The notes under the pieces are model-generated. The model saw only the letters and a list, made by a program, of their open reading frames with translations. It ran no database searches and was not told the origin of the DNA. The translations under genes and the position numbers were made by a program. A stretch of DNA of 25,163 nucleotides from a virus (lineage: Duplodnaviria > Heunggongvirae > Uroviricota > Caudoviricetes). Shown here in pieces: positions 5,413 through 13,819 of the stretch. Every line of letters starts with the position of its first letter. Within the stretch, counting starts at the first letter, position 1. The stretch is from the IMG/VR virus record IMGVR_UViG_3300021976_000008, positions 1 through 25,163 of that record, one strand, 5' to 3'.

Positions 5413-5573
5413 CTGACTCACGCCGAACGACCGTTGTGTCATTGACAGTTGTCACCGAGGTCGAGGAGCACGTGACAAAGGCGGCTGAGGCGTTCGCTCG
5501 GATAGCTGCCGGGCTCGTTCTCGATGGCATCACTGTGAACCTCAACCTGGGTCAGGTTGACGACGATTCATGA
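5409..5573 (+). CDS. Hypothetical protein, 54 aa (not in the ORF track)
   Basis: MTDSRRTTVVSLTVVTEVEEHVTKAAEAFARIAAGLVLDGITVNLNLGQVDDDS; ATGA overlaps at both ends. Confidence 0.7.
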   Translation: MTDSRRTTVVSLTVVTEVEEHVTKAAEAFARIAAGLVLDGITVNLNLGQVDDDS

Positions 5574-5812
5574 CTAACTCCCTCCCCAGCAAGATCTATC
5601 TAGTCGACCGGGTCCCGCCTCCGTCAGAGGAGCGCGGCGAGTTCCGGGCACCGTACGGGCCGCTCCGTCGCTTCTACGCGATGTGGTCCCACGTGAAGCT
5701 CTTCATCGGAGCGCACAGCGGCCCCTACAACCGCGCCCACGGCGCTGGCAGCAACTTCAAGGTCTACGAAGCCGACGTCGAATGGCGAGAGGTGAACATC
5801 AATGGACGATGA
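5570..5812 (+). CDS. Hypothetical protein, 80 aa
   Basis: ATGA coupling; high-GC3 codons. Confidence 0.7.
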   Translation: MTNSLPSKIYLVDRVPPPSEERGEFRAPYGPLRRFYAMWSHVKLFIGAHSGPYNRAHGAGSNFKVYEADVEWREVNINGR

Positions 5813-6065
5813 TCTCGACTACAACCTACTCGCCCTTCGCCAGGCGCTCTGGGATGTCTATGCTGAGCTTGGCTTCGACACCGACGGCGACAAGACGCCG
5901 GCAGGCGTCCGGGATCTGCGCCGCCTTGTGGTCAGTGCAGCGAAGGGACTCCGCAGCGACTACGACGCTGTCCTTGACGAAGTCGATGGTCTGATCAAGC
6001 AGACCAAGCAACTCCCCTCGGCCGCGAAGCGGCTGTTCACGCTCAGCGACATGGATCGGCCGTGA
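5802..6065 (+). CDS. Hypothetical helical protein, 87 aa
   Basis: RBS GAGAGG upstream; overlaps the previous stop by 11 nt. Confidence 0.7.
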   Translation: MDDDLDYNLLALRQALWDVYAELGFDTDGDKTPAGVRDLRRLVVSAAKGLRSDYDAVLDEVDGLIKQTKQLPSAAKRLFTLSDMDRP

Positions 6066-6096
6066 TCCCTCCGGTGTGGATCATCGAGGCGCCGAC

Positions 6097-6336
6097 ATGA
6101 CCCGGCCGAGCAGCGAGAGTCATGTGCTCTGGCAGTGCTTCCGTCACTTCGTCCACATCGACAAGGCCAACGCAGCGATCCATTGCGCCCAGGTCCGATA
6201 CAGCCCGCTGACGTTCCGATTGGCCGAGCTACTCCACGCTTCGGAGTTCTACGACGAACTGGCGCCTGAGCCGGCTGAGATGCTGCGCTCGGTTATCGGC
6301 GACCTCGGCACCTACGAGGAAGACAGCGGACGATGA
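6097..6336 (+). CDS. Hypothetical protein, 79 aa (alternative GTG start 6076)
   Basis: GAGG 7 nt before the ATG; HFVHIDKANAAIHCAQVRYSPLT; ATGA overlap with terS. Confidence 0.7.
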   Translation: MTRPSSESHVLWQCFRHFVHIDKANAAIHCAQVRYSPLTFRLAELLHASEFYDELAPEPAEMLRSVIGDLGTYEEDSGR

Positions 6337-6797
6337 CCGGTCGCAAGCCGAGCGATCGACGGCAGAACAGAGAGACCAAGGATCTCCCCCCCGAGGAGAG
6401 CTGGCCTGAGGGGGCCATAGAGCCCCCTCAGGCCCCGCAGGGGCTGAGCGAAGACATCGAGGCTGCCTGGGTTGCCTTCTGGCGGCTAGCGCCTCTGAGC
6501 CGGCGTGTGAGCGACGCCGACCTCTTGCCTCTTATGCGGCTCTTCCAACTCTATGAGGTCTACCGGCGCTCGATCTCCGATTTCATGGACGAGCCCTACG
6601 TCACGGGTGAGCGCGGCAAGATCGTGGCACACCCGGGGTGGAGCATCGCCAATGCAGCGATGCGACAGATCCTTCCGCTTGAGCGGCAATTCGGAGTCAC
6701 TCCGAAGGCCCGAGCGGAGCTGGGCGTCAGCCTCGACCTCGCGAGCAATCCCAAGAAGGGCGATGGGGTTGTCGACTTCACCGAGGACGACGAGTAG
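6333..6797 (+). CDS. terS: Terminase small subunit (P27 family)
   Basis: GRKP...PPQAPQGLSEDIEAAW...G..VAHPG......RQILPLERQFGVTPKARAELG. Confidence 0.9.
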   Translation: MTGRKPSDRRQNRETKDLPPEESWPEGAIEPPQAPQGLSEDIEAAWVAFWRLAPLSRRVSDADLLPLMRLFQLYEVYRRSISDFMDEPYVTGERGKIVAHPGWSIANAAMRQILPLERQFGVTPKARAELGVSLDLASNPKKGDGVVDFTEDDE

Positions 6798-6992
6798 ATG
6801 TCCGAGCGCAGCCCTCAGGCCGAGCACCTGCGTTATCTCGCCAACGATCTTCGCTCTGCTGGCGACGTCCTGATGGTCAACATCAGCGAAGATGGCGTTG
6901 GTGACGCTGGCATCACGCTCGCCGACATGTTGTGGTTAATCGCAGTTGAACTCGACGGCCACTTTGAAGTGGAAAGCGACGGCGATGAGTGA
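6798..6992 (+). CDS. Acidic hypothetical protein, 64 aa
   Basis: ATG abuts the terS stop; overlaps the next start. Confidence 0.65.
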   Translation: MSERSPQAEHLRYLANDLRSAGDVLMVNISEDGVGDAGITLADMLWLIAVELDGHFEVESDGDE

Positions 6993-7413
6993 GCGACTGC
7001 TCTCGCAGACCTCCGCATACCCTGACTTGCTCGCTGAGATGGTGAGCCGCCTTCGGTACAAGGCGGAATGGAAGTTCACCTTGGAGACCCTCGACCGTGG
7101 CCAAGGCTCCCACGGTCTGACGCTGTGCATCTTGATCAACACTCCGGACAGTTATCACCCGGAGACGCGCAGGTCGGTCGTGCACTACTTCATCGTCCCC
7201 GCTGCCGCATATGACGAACAGTCCTGGCGGCGCTGGCTGTTTGATCGCGTGCTCGACGTCGAGACGCATGAGGCCTGCGAGTTCTTTCAGATCGCCGATG
7301 AGCACCCGTACGCACCTAACCATGGCCCGGGTCGCGATCCCTATGTGATCTTCGAGTACGCAACCGATGAGCATCGCCGCACTTCGTTCAGGGGCGAGGT
7401 TGCTAACGCATGA
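6985..7413 (+). CDS. Hypothetical phage protein between terS and terL, 142 aa
   Basis: YKAEWKF...DSYHP...HYFIVP...WRRWLFDRVLDVETHEACEFF...PYAPNHGPG; ATGA coupling to terL. Confidence 0.75.
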   Translation: MSERLLSQTSAYPDLLAEMVSRLRYKAEWKFTLETLDRGQGSHGLTLCILINTPDSYHPETRRSVVHYFIVPAAAYDEQSWRRWLFDRVLDVETHEACEFFQIADEHPYAPNHGPGRDPYVIFEYATDEHRRTSFRGEVANA

Positions 7414-8972
7414 TCGCAACCCTCGGCCCTGAACAGCGCAGCTTGGGCAAGTACGCCGTTCGTTGGTGCGAGCAACGCCTGATCCACGGCGAGGGCGACG
7501 TCTTCGGCGAGCCCTATCAGCTCCTCAACTGGCACAAGGACTTCCTCTACGATTGGTACGTCTGGGACGACTCCCTCCACCAGTGGTGGTTCAACGAGGG
7601 CCTTGTAGGAGCTGAGTCCGGAGCGTCGAAGACCGAGTTCTTCGCTGCCGTTGCTGTCTTCGAGATGGCGGCTGCTCGCACTGGGGACTACGGCTGGGAC
7701 CGGCTCCCCATCGAGTTCAAGCGCAAGACTCCCATCGTCACCATGGCGGCTGCTAGCCGTGAGCAGGCTGGGGAGCTGTTCCGCCAGGCGCAGGCCATGT
7801 GTGGTGGAGAAGAGGGCGCCAGGACTGGGCATCGTCTCGGCCGCGATCTCTTCAACGTCTTTGCCAACAACATCGAGTTCAAGGATGGCGCTCCTGGTCG
7901 CATCCAGCGAGTTGCCGCGAAGGACTCGACCTCGGAGGGCGGCAAAGAGTCCTTGTTGCTCGGAGACGAGCTTCACGAGTGGCGAGGCAAGATCGCTCGC
8001 GTCTGGACGGTCCGAGCTAAGTCACTCACCAAACGCATGGGGAATCCTGGGAGAGCTGTCGGCATGTCCACGGCCGGTGTCGGCCGTGGCTCGATGCCAC
8101 CCAAGGATGACGACGCTCTGTTGTGGCGCATGTTCGCCCGCGGGATCATGGAGAAGGGCAATCCCGATAGCCGTTTCTTGATGGACTGGGTGCAGCCTCC
8201 CGACGACATCATCTATGCCCGCAACGATCCCAAGCGCATCTACGAGGCGCTTCGAGGTATGCGAGCTGCGGATCAGACGTGGTCGGTCGAGACGCGAGCC
8301 CAGGAGATCCTTCAGGGCAAGATTCCGTGGCCTGACGCGCTCCGCTACTACTTCAATCTCTTTGTCAACCTAACCGTGGAGAGTTGGCTCAATGAGATGC
8401 CCGGCGTGTGGGAAGAGTGTCAAAGCGAGGATGCTGCTCCTCCGGATGGTAGTGATGTTGTCGTCGGTGTGGATATGGCACTGGCTCATGATTCAGTTGG
8501 ACTTGTTGTCGCCGGTTTTCTCCCTGATGGTCGTATTGGCTGGTGGCATCGCCATTATCCACCAGTTGACGGAAGGATCGACCACGTTGCCGTCTTCAAC
8601 TACATCGTCGGAGTCATCGCCAACAGATGGAAGATCAAGTCCCTGACCTACGACCCTCGCTTCTTCGAGCTGCCGGCTCGGATGATCGAGGACTACGGCT
8701 TCCAGGTCGTTGAGTTCAAGCAGTCCGTCGAGCGGCTAGTCGTCGCCGACGGGCTCCTCTATGAGCTAGTGCGCGATCACAAGATCGCGCACCTCGGCGG
8801 CGGTGCTCTCAACATGCACGCCGTCAACGCTGCGTGGCGCTGGGCAGAAGGCGGGCGCTACTTGGCGAAGGGCAAGTCCGCCGGACACATGGATCTTATT
8901 CGCGCTGGGGCGATGGCGACCTACGAGCTGATGGCAGGCCTTCACTACGACCCGATCGCGATAGCGGTATGA
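7410..8972 (+). CDS. terL: Terminase large subunit, 520 aa
   Basis: Walker A-like GAESGASKTE, Walker B LLLGDELHEW, motif STAG, nuclease VVVGVDMALAHD and HMDLIRAGAMA. Confidence 0.93.
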   Translation: MIATLGPEQRSLGKYAVRWCEQRLIHGEGDVFGEPYQLLNWHKDFLYDWYVWDDSLHQWWFNEGLVGAESGASKTEFFAAVAVFEMAAARTGDYGWDRLPIEFKRKTPIVTMAAASREQAGELFRQAQAMCGGEEGARTGHRLGRDLFNVFANNIEFKDGAPGRIQRVAAKDSTSEGGKESLLLGDELHEWRGKIARVWTVRAKSLTKRMGNPGRAVGMSTAGVGRGSMPPKDDDALLWRMFARGIMEKGNPDSRFLMDWVQPPDDIIYARNDPKRIYEALRGMRAADQTWSVETRAQEILQGKIPWPDALRYYFNLFVNLTVESWLNEMPGVWEECQSEDAAPPDGSDVVVGVDMALAHDSVGLVVAGFLPDGRIGWWHRHYPPVDGRIDHVAVFNYIVGVIANRWKIKSLTYDPRFFELPARMIEDYGFQVVEFKQSVERLVVADGLLYELVRDHKIAHLGGGALNMHAVNAAWRWAEGGRYLAKGKSAGHMDLIRAGAMATYELMAGLHYDPIAIAV

Positions 8973-9139
8973 CTCAACATGCCATCATCCTCGACGAGGC
9001 CGGCTGGGGAGCTGTAGTGGTCGAGCGGATCAACGATGAGGGTCGTCCTGTCCCCGTCTACAGACGTGTCGCTGCTTTCAATGACCGCGAGGAAGCGCGT
9101 CTCTACGCCGATGCCCAGCAAGCAGGAGATGATCAATGA
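8969..9139 (+). CDS. Hypothetical protein, 56 aa
   Basis: MTQHAIILDEAGWGAVVVERINDEGRPVPVYRRVAAFNDREEARLYADAQQAGDDQ; ATGA overlaps at both ends. Confidence 0.7.
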   Translation: MTQHAIILDEAGWGAVVVERINDEGRPVPVYRRVAAFNDREEARLYADAQQAGDDQ

Positions 9140-9366
9140 CTGCCGCCCGGAGAGCCGTGCAACAGCACTTCCTCAAGAACCCTTTCCGCTATGTCGTCGC
9201 CCACTACGACGCGAACCGTGCTCAGCGACGCAGCGATGCAAAGCGAGATCGGCGTACCGGCAAGCTGCTGACGCGGGCTGGCTTCAACGTGCCATTCCTC
9301 GGCAGCACCCGTGGCTTCATGCCTTGGAACTTCAGCGAAGAAGGACAGGAGCCGACCGATGCGTAG
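9136..9366 (+). CDS. Basic hypothetical protein, 76 aa
   Basis: NRAQRRSDAKRDRR; ATGA coupling. Confidence 0.65.
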   Translation: MTAARRAVQQHFLKNPFRYVVAHYDANRAQRRSDAKRDRRTGKLLTRAGFNVPFLGSTRGFMPWNFSEEGQEPTDA

Positions 9367-9577
9367 ATGGCTGAAGGACAAGGTTCGCAAGCATGCCGTC
9401 GTCTACACAACGGACGACAAGGTGCTTGAGGGCGTGCTCGCCGTCATCTCAGACGAGGGTGTCGTTCTCAACAACACCGTGATCCATGATGCCAAGGACA
9501 TCCCGTTGGTTGGTGATGTCTTTGTGCCCCGCGAGCGGATTCGATTCGTTCAGATCGCGAGAGCACGGCAGACATGA
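9359..9577 (+). CDS. Putative Sm/LSm-like fold protein, 72 aa
   Basis: AVVYTTDDKVLEGVLAVISDEGVVL (Sm1-like) and GDVFVPRERIRFVQ (Sm2-like); RBS GAAGGA...GGAG; ATGA coupling to portal. Confidence 0.65.
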   Translation: MRRWLKDKVRKHAVVYTTDDKVLEGVLAVISDEGVVLNNTVIHDAKDIPLVGDVFVPRERIRFVQIARARQT

Positions 9578-11130
9578 GGTATCTCTCGGCCGGCGGTCGC
9601 TGGGTCTCGGTGGACGATGCGCCGAAGATGCCAGCGTCGAAGGAGCTGGTGGAGGCTGGCCTGCTCCACCCCGACATGCTTGGCCTCGGTGGCTGGGATC
9701 TACTCAGCGACGGTTTCCCTCCCCGGGGCTATGTCCGCTTGACGGATGGCCCTGGTGGCGTGGCCCGCTACGCGTCCTACTACGACGTCCTGATGACCAA
9801 CCCCTGGGGCTTTGGCACCATCCACACCATCGCTCGTGGACTGGCTCGACTGCCGCTCAAGCTCTACGAGACCGATCTCGAAGACGAGACCGAGCCCGGG
9901 ACGATCCAGAAGATCATCCACCCCAACCGCAGCAAGGGTGTCGCCGGCAAGATCGCCTATGCGCTCCGCTACCCCGACGCCGCTGGGTCGATCAGCGGCG
10001 CCGCGCCTAGTCGCCGGGCGCTGTGGTACGGCACTGTCGTCAACAAGCTCATTCACGGCAATGCCATCTGGGAGATCATGAGAGACGAGGCCCGCAACAT
10101 CAACGGCTTCAAGCTCCATCCCATGGAGACGGTCGACGTGGATGAGGATGAACTTCTCTACAGCATCCACAGGCCGCAGTACAACTTCACCGTCTTTAAC
10201 TTGGAGAACTTGAACCGCGGAGAGAACGCCAAGCCCGATCAGGTATTGACAGCAGACAAGGTCTGCCACTTCGGGCTATGGGAGAGCGGTCGACGCCCAG
10301 TCACCCCCTCCCCCGTTCGCGCCCTGCACACCACCGTTGCCCTCTATGACGCCGTCTCTCGGCACATGGTGGGTTTCTTCAACAACGGTGCCCGGGTCAG
10401 CGGTCACCTCAAGGTCGAGCCCGGCGCCAGCCCGAACGCTGTCGAGGCGATTCGGCAAGAGATCTTGAAGCTCTACCAGGGTCCCCAGAGCGCCGGCAAG
10501 GTGCTCATCAGCTCCGGCGAATGGCAAGCGTTCCACCGCGAACCTCAGTTCGAGGGGATCGTCAACCTCATCAAGTTCTCTCGTGACGAGATCTTCGTGA
10601 CCTACGGCGTGCCGCCGCCCGTCATGGGTGTCATCGAGCGAGCGATCATGGCCAACGCCCGAGAGATGCGCGATCAGTACGTGCGTGACTTGATCGGTCC
10701 GCATGCCGAGTTCCTCGCTGGGGACTTCGAGGCGCAGGTCATCGATCGCGAGAACGCAGCTCGCTCGAAGAACATCATCGCCTACTTCGATGTCGACGAG
10801 CAGTTGCGCCCAGACCTCTGGAAGAGGGCCGCTGTGTTCCGCAACCTGCTTCTGGCCTACACGCCAGAGGAGCTGCGCGGCATCGAGCGACAACCACCGC
10901 TCCCGACGTCGTCTGACCCGAGGGGTTGGAGCAAGACGATCCAGCGGCCTCTCAACGAAAGCGCCATCAGCAACGTTCCTGACTATGTGCTCAGGGATGA
11001 GCTGAACAAGCGCCGTCTCGACTTGGAGGTCAAGCGGCTCGATCACGACATCGACGTGGACAACAGGCCGGCGCCCGAAGCGCCGGCCCCAAGCAACGAG
11101 GAAGACGACGATGACAACCCTGACGACTGA
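9574..11130 (+). CDS. Portal protein (HK97 family), 518 aa
   Basis: TIARGLARLPLKLY...LIHGNAIWEI...LHP...SPVRAL...FFNNGA..SGHL...SRDEIFVTYGVPP. Confidence 0.93.
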   Translation: MRYLSAGGRWVSVDDAPKMPASKELVEAGLLHPDMLGLGGWDLLSDGFPPRGYVRLTDGPGGVARYASYYDVLMTNPWGFGTIHTIARGLARLPLKLYETDLEDETEPGTIQKIIHPNRSKGVAGKIAYALRYPDAAGSISGAAPSRRALWYGTVVNKLIHGNAIWEIMRDEARNINGFKLHPMETVDVDEDELLYSIHRPQYNFTVFNLENLNRGENAKPDQVLTADKVCHFGLWESGRRPVTPSPVRALHTTVALYDAVSRHMVGFFNNGARVSGHLKVEPGASPNAVEAIRQEILKLYQGPQSAGKVLISSGEWQAFHREPQFEGIVNLIKFSRDEIFVTYGVPPPVMGVIERAIMANAREMRDQYVRDLIGPHAEFLAGDFEAQVIDRENAARSKNIIAYFDVDEQLRPDLWKRAAVFRNLLLAYTPEELRGIERQPPLPTSSDPRGWSKTIQRPLNESAISNVPDYVLRDELNKRRLDLEVKRLDHDIDVDNRPAPEAPAPSNEEDDDDNPDD

Positions 11131-12232
11131 TCGTCCTTCGGAGCAGTCCGAAGGGACCGAGGATGAGGCCAAGCCTGCTGTGCAGGTCGGCGACACCTTC
11201 TACGCCTCCTTCGGCGTGGAGATCCTGAAGGCAGAGGAGTCCGACGACGGCGACACCGGCCACGTTGAGGCCATCGTGAGCGCCTTCGACGTCGACTACC
11301 GCATGGGATGGATGACCAAGCACCGCATGACAGCCAATGCCTTCAAGGCGTCACTGGCTCAAGGCCCGGACATCCCGATCTTCTTCCAGCACAACTGGGC
11401 CTGGTCGGAGCAGCCGCCTATCGGTACTGGCATCGCCAGCACCGTTACAAGTCCCAAGCCGGGCTTGAAGGTCGCAGCCGACTTCTTCCTCGACACGGAG
11501 TCCGGCCGGTCGACCTTCCGGGCGATTAAGGCCAATGCTCTGCGCGAGTGGAGCATCGGCTATCGCATCACCAAGTACGAAGTCGAAGAGGACGATGACG
11601 GTTTCGACGTCGTCATCGTCAACGAGGCCGACCTGATGGAGGCATCGTCGGTTCTGCGGGGGGCGAACCCCGGGACCGAGACGCTCAAGGTCGCTCAGCA
11701 GTACTCGCCCGAGTTGCAGGAGACGATGAACGCGGTTGCCGCCTTCATGCAGGCAACGGCGTCGACGCTCGATCTCCTGAGCGAGCGCATCACGGGGATC
11801 GAGGTCACCCATGGGATTCTCGTGAACAGTCTCGAAGAGAGCGGCTTCGAGGTTGGTGATGAGGCTCCCGCCACGGAGCCTCCCGGATCGGGGGAGTCGG
11901 TTGAGCCCGCTGTTGGTGGAGGCAGCGATGGCGCGGAGCCGGGGGCCACGGCACCTCCGACCCCGCAGGCTCCCGACTCCCCTGAGGACGACTCGGACCG
12001 GCTCGATCGAGCCATGGAGCGAGCTGTGGCTCGGGTTGCCTCGAAGTGGGAGCACTTCGTGGAGCAGGCCGGCGTGGGGCTCGACAACCCCGACGCTGAG
12101 CCGTCGAGCCGCGAGGACATCGAGTCGATGGAGCGGGTGCTCCGTTGCCTCAACAAGACCAAGTACGACTACGAAGCGGTCGAGCACCGAGTGACCGCAA
12201 GGATTCTCGCTGAATCAGCGGGAACGATGTAG
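11111..12232 (+). CDS. HK97-type prohead protease with long acidic/Pro-rich and helical C-terminal extension, 373 aa
   Basis: IFFQHNW...PPIG...GLKV...REWSIGY...DLMEASSVLRGANPGT. Confidence 0.9.
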   Translation: MTTLTTDRPSEQSEGTEDEAKPAVQVGDTFYASFGVEILKAEESDDGDTGHVEAIVSAFDVDYRMGWMTKHRMTANAFKASLAQGPDIPIFFQHNWAWSEQPPIGTGIASTVTSPKPGLKVAADFFLDTESGRSTFRAIKANALREWSIGYRITKYEVEEDDDGFDVVIVNEADLMEASSVLRGANPGTETLKVAQQYSPELQETMNAVAAFMQATASTLDLLSERITGIEVTHGILVNSLEESGFEVGDEAPATEPPGSGESVEPAVGGGSDGAEPGATAPPTPQAPDSPEDDSDRLDRAMERAVARVASKWEHFVEQAGVGLDNPDAEPSSREDIESMERVLRCLNKTKYDYEAVEHRVTARILAESAGTM

Positions 12233-12257
12233 CGGCGCATATCCGCTACCGCAGTTG

Positions 12258-12285
12258 AGGCCCTCCGGAAACGGGGGGCCTTTTT
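12258..12285 (+). terminator. Intrinsic terminator between protease and capsid genes
   Basis: aggccctccg-gaaa-cggggggcct-tttt; a second small hairpin (gtagcgg/ccgctac, 12229-12249) overlaps the protease stop. Confidence 0.75.
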
Positions 12286-12323
12286 CATACCCGTACAGAG
12301 GCATACCGAGGAGGAAGTTGGAT

Positions 12324-13670
12324 ATGCCCGATACTGCTGTTGCGCCCAGTCGGGCGCAGACCGAGCGCGAGCAGGACATCTCGCAGCTCAACGACAAGAT
12401 CCGCGAGCTGCGCAAGGGGGAGGCGATCAAGCGGGAGACCGCGAACGCCTTCGCCGAGGAGATCAAGGGTGCCGGGTTGAACCCCGTCACCGGTCTCAGC
12501 AGCGAGGACAAGGATGCGTTCGATCGCATCGACCGCGGCTACAAGGAAGCCGACGAGTGCGCCGAGCAGGCCGTCGAGCTGGAACGGCGCCTTCAGCGTC
12601 TCGTTGTCAGCGCAGGCCACGAGGCTGACACCCGCTCGAAGGGTGATCTCGATCACCCCGACATGCGCCGTGTCATGAGCCTGGCGGACAAGTTCCTCGC
12701 TTCGGAGAACTACCGCCAGTTCAAGAAGAGCCGTGCGCTCGACATGAACGGTGCCCGGGTCAACATCGATCCGGTCAGCGTGGCGAGCCGGGAACTGGTG
12801 ATGGCTCACCTGTTCCCGTCGCAGGCCCATCTGGCGCTCAGCGTCGATGCGCTCGTGCCGGAGGACCAGCGCCTTTTCCCGCCCGTGCCGATCCCCGTTC
12901 GGCAGCTCCGGGTCCGTGATCTCGTGTCGGTGGGTACCACCGACACGGACATGGTCGAGTACGTCGAGGAGACGGCCCGAACCGATGCTGCGGTGGAGAC
13001 GCCGTACGGTTCGCTCGCCCCCGAGGCGAACTACGAGTACACCCGGCGCGAGGTTGGCGTCAAGCGCATCCCGCAGTACGTGAAGGCCACCAAGGGCAAC
13101 CTGGCCGACGCGGGACAGCTCCGGACTCTGCTCGACAACCGTCTCGTCTACGGCGTTGGCAAGCGCCTCGACACACAGATGGTGGCTGGCAGCGGCTCCG
13201 GCGACAACCTCACCGGCATCCTGAACACCTCGCTGCTTCAGGAGATCAACACCGCCGGCCTGAGCGTCCCTGACGCTTTCCACCGAGGGATGACCGCAGT
13301 GCGGTTGACCTTGGAGGACGAGCCCGATGCGTTCCTGGTGCATCCGACCACGCACCAGAACTTCGTGCTCAGCAAGGGCACCGACGGCCACTACCTCAAC
13401 CTTCAGGGTCCGCAGTTGACGGCTCCGCCCAACATCTGGGGCAAGCCGGCCGTCATCAGCACGGTCATCCCCGCCACGTCGGCTCTGGTCGGCAACTGGC
13501 AGATGGGCGCAACCCTGTGGGTGCGCAGCGGCATCCAGGTCGCTGCCACCGACTCCGATGGCGACGACTTCCGGAAGGGGATCATCACGATCCTCGCCGA
13601 GATGCGTGCCGCCTTCGCGGTCACGCAGGTCAAGGCGTTCGCCGAGATCACGGGCGTCGCTCTGTCCTGA
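12324..13670 (+). CDS. Major capsid protein (HK97 fold with N-terminal delta domain), 448 aa
   Basis: RBS GAGGAGG; LRVRDLVSVGTT...YVEET...V.E...KRIPQYVKAT...LADAGQL..LL...L..G.G...NLTGILN...WGKPAVIS...LVGNW. Confidence 0.93.
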   Translation: MPDTAVAPSRAQTEREQDISQLNDKIRELRKGEAIKRETANAFAEEIKGAGLNPVTGLSSEDKDAFDRIDRGYKEADECAEQAVELERRLQRLVVSAGHEADTRSKGDLDHPDMRRVMSLADKFLASENYRQFKKSRALDMNGARVNIDPVSVASRELVMAHLFPSQAHLALSVDALVPEDQRLFPPVPIPVRQLRVRDLVSVGTTDTDMVEYVEETARTDAAVETPYGSLAPEANYEYTRREVGVKRIPQYVKATKGNLADAGQLRTLLDNRLVYGVGKRLDTQMVAGSGSGDNLTGILNTSLLQEINTAGLSVPDAFHRGMTAVRLTLEDEPDAFLVHPTTHQNFVLSKGTDGHYLNLQGPQLTAPPNIWGKPAVISTVIPATSALVGNWQMGATLWVRSGIQVAATDSDGDDFRKGIITILAEMRAAFAVTQVKAFAEITGVALS

Positions 13671-13676
13671 GCGCTT

Positions 13677-13719
13677 CTGGCCGGCAGGGAGAGTGCTCCC
13701 TGTTCTCTCTGCCGGCCAG
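13677..13719 (+). terminator. 15-bp hairpin after the capsid gene
   Basis: ctggccggcagggag / ctctctgccggccag followed by gctcttcgtctt. Confidence 0.65.
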
Positions 13720-13819
13720 GCTCTTCGTCTTAGTGCTGGTCGTTAAGCCGCCCGGTAAGGGCCGGGGAGGCGGACATCGAAAGCCCGGCTACCAGCACTT
13801 CAAACCAAGGCTCTTGACC

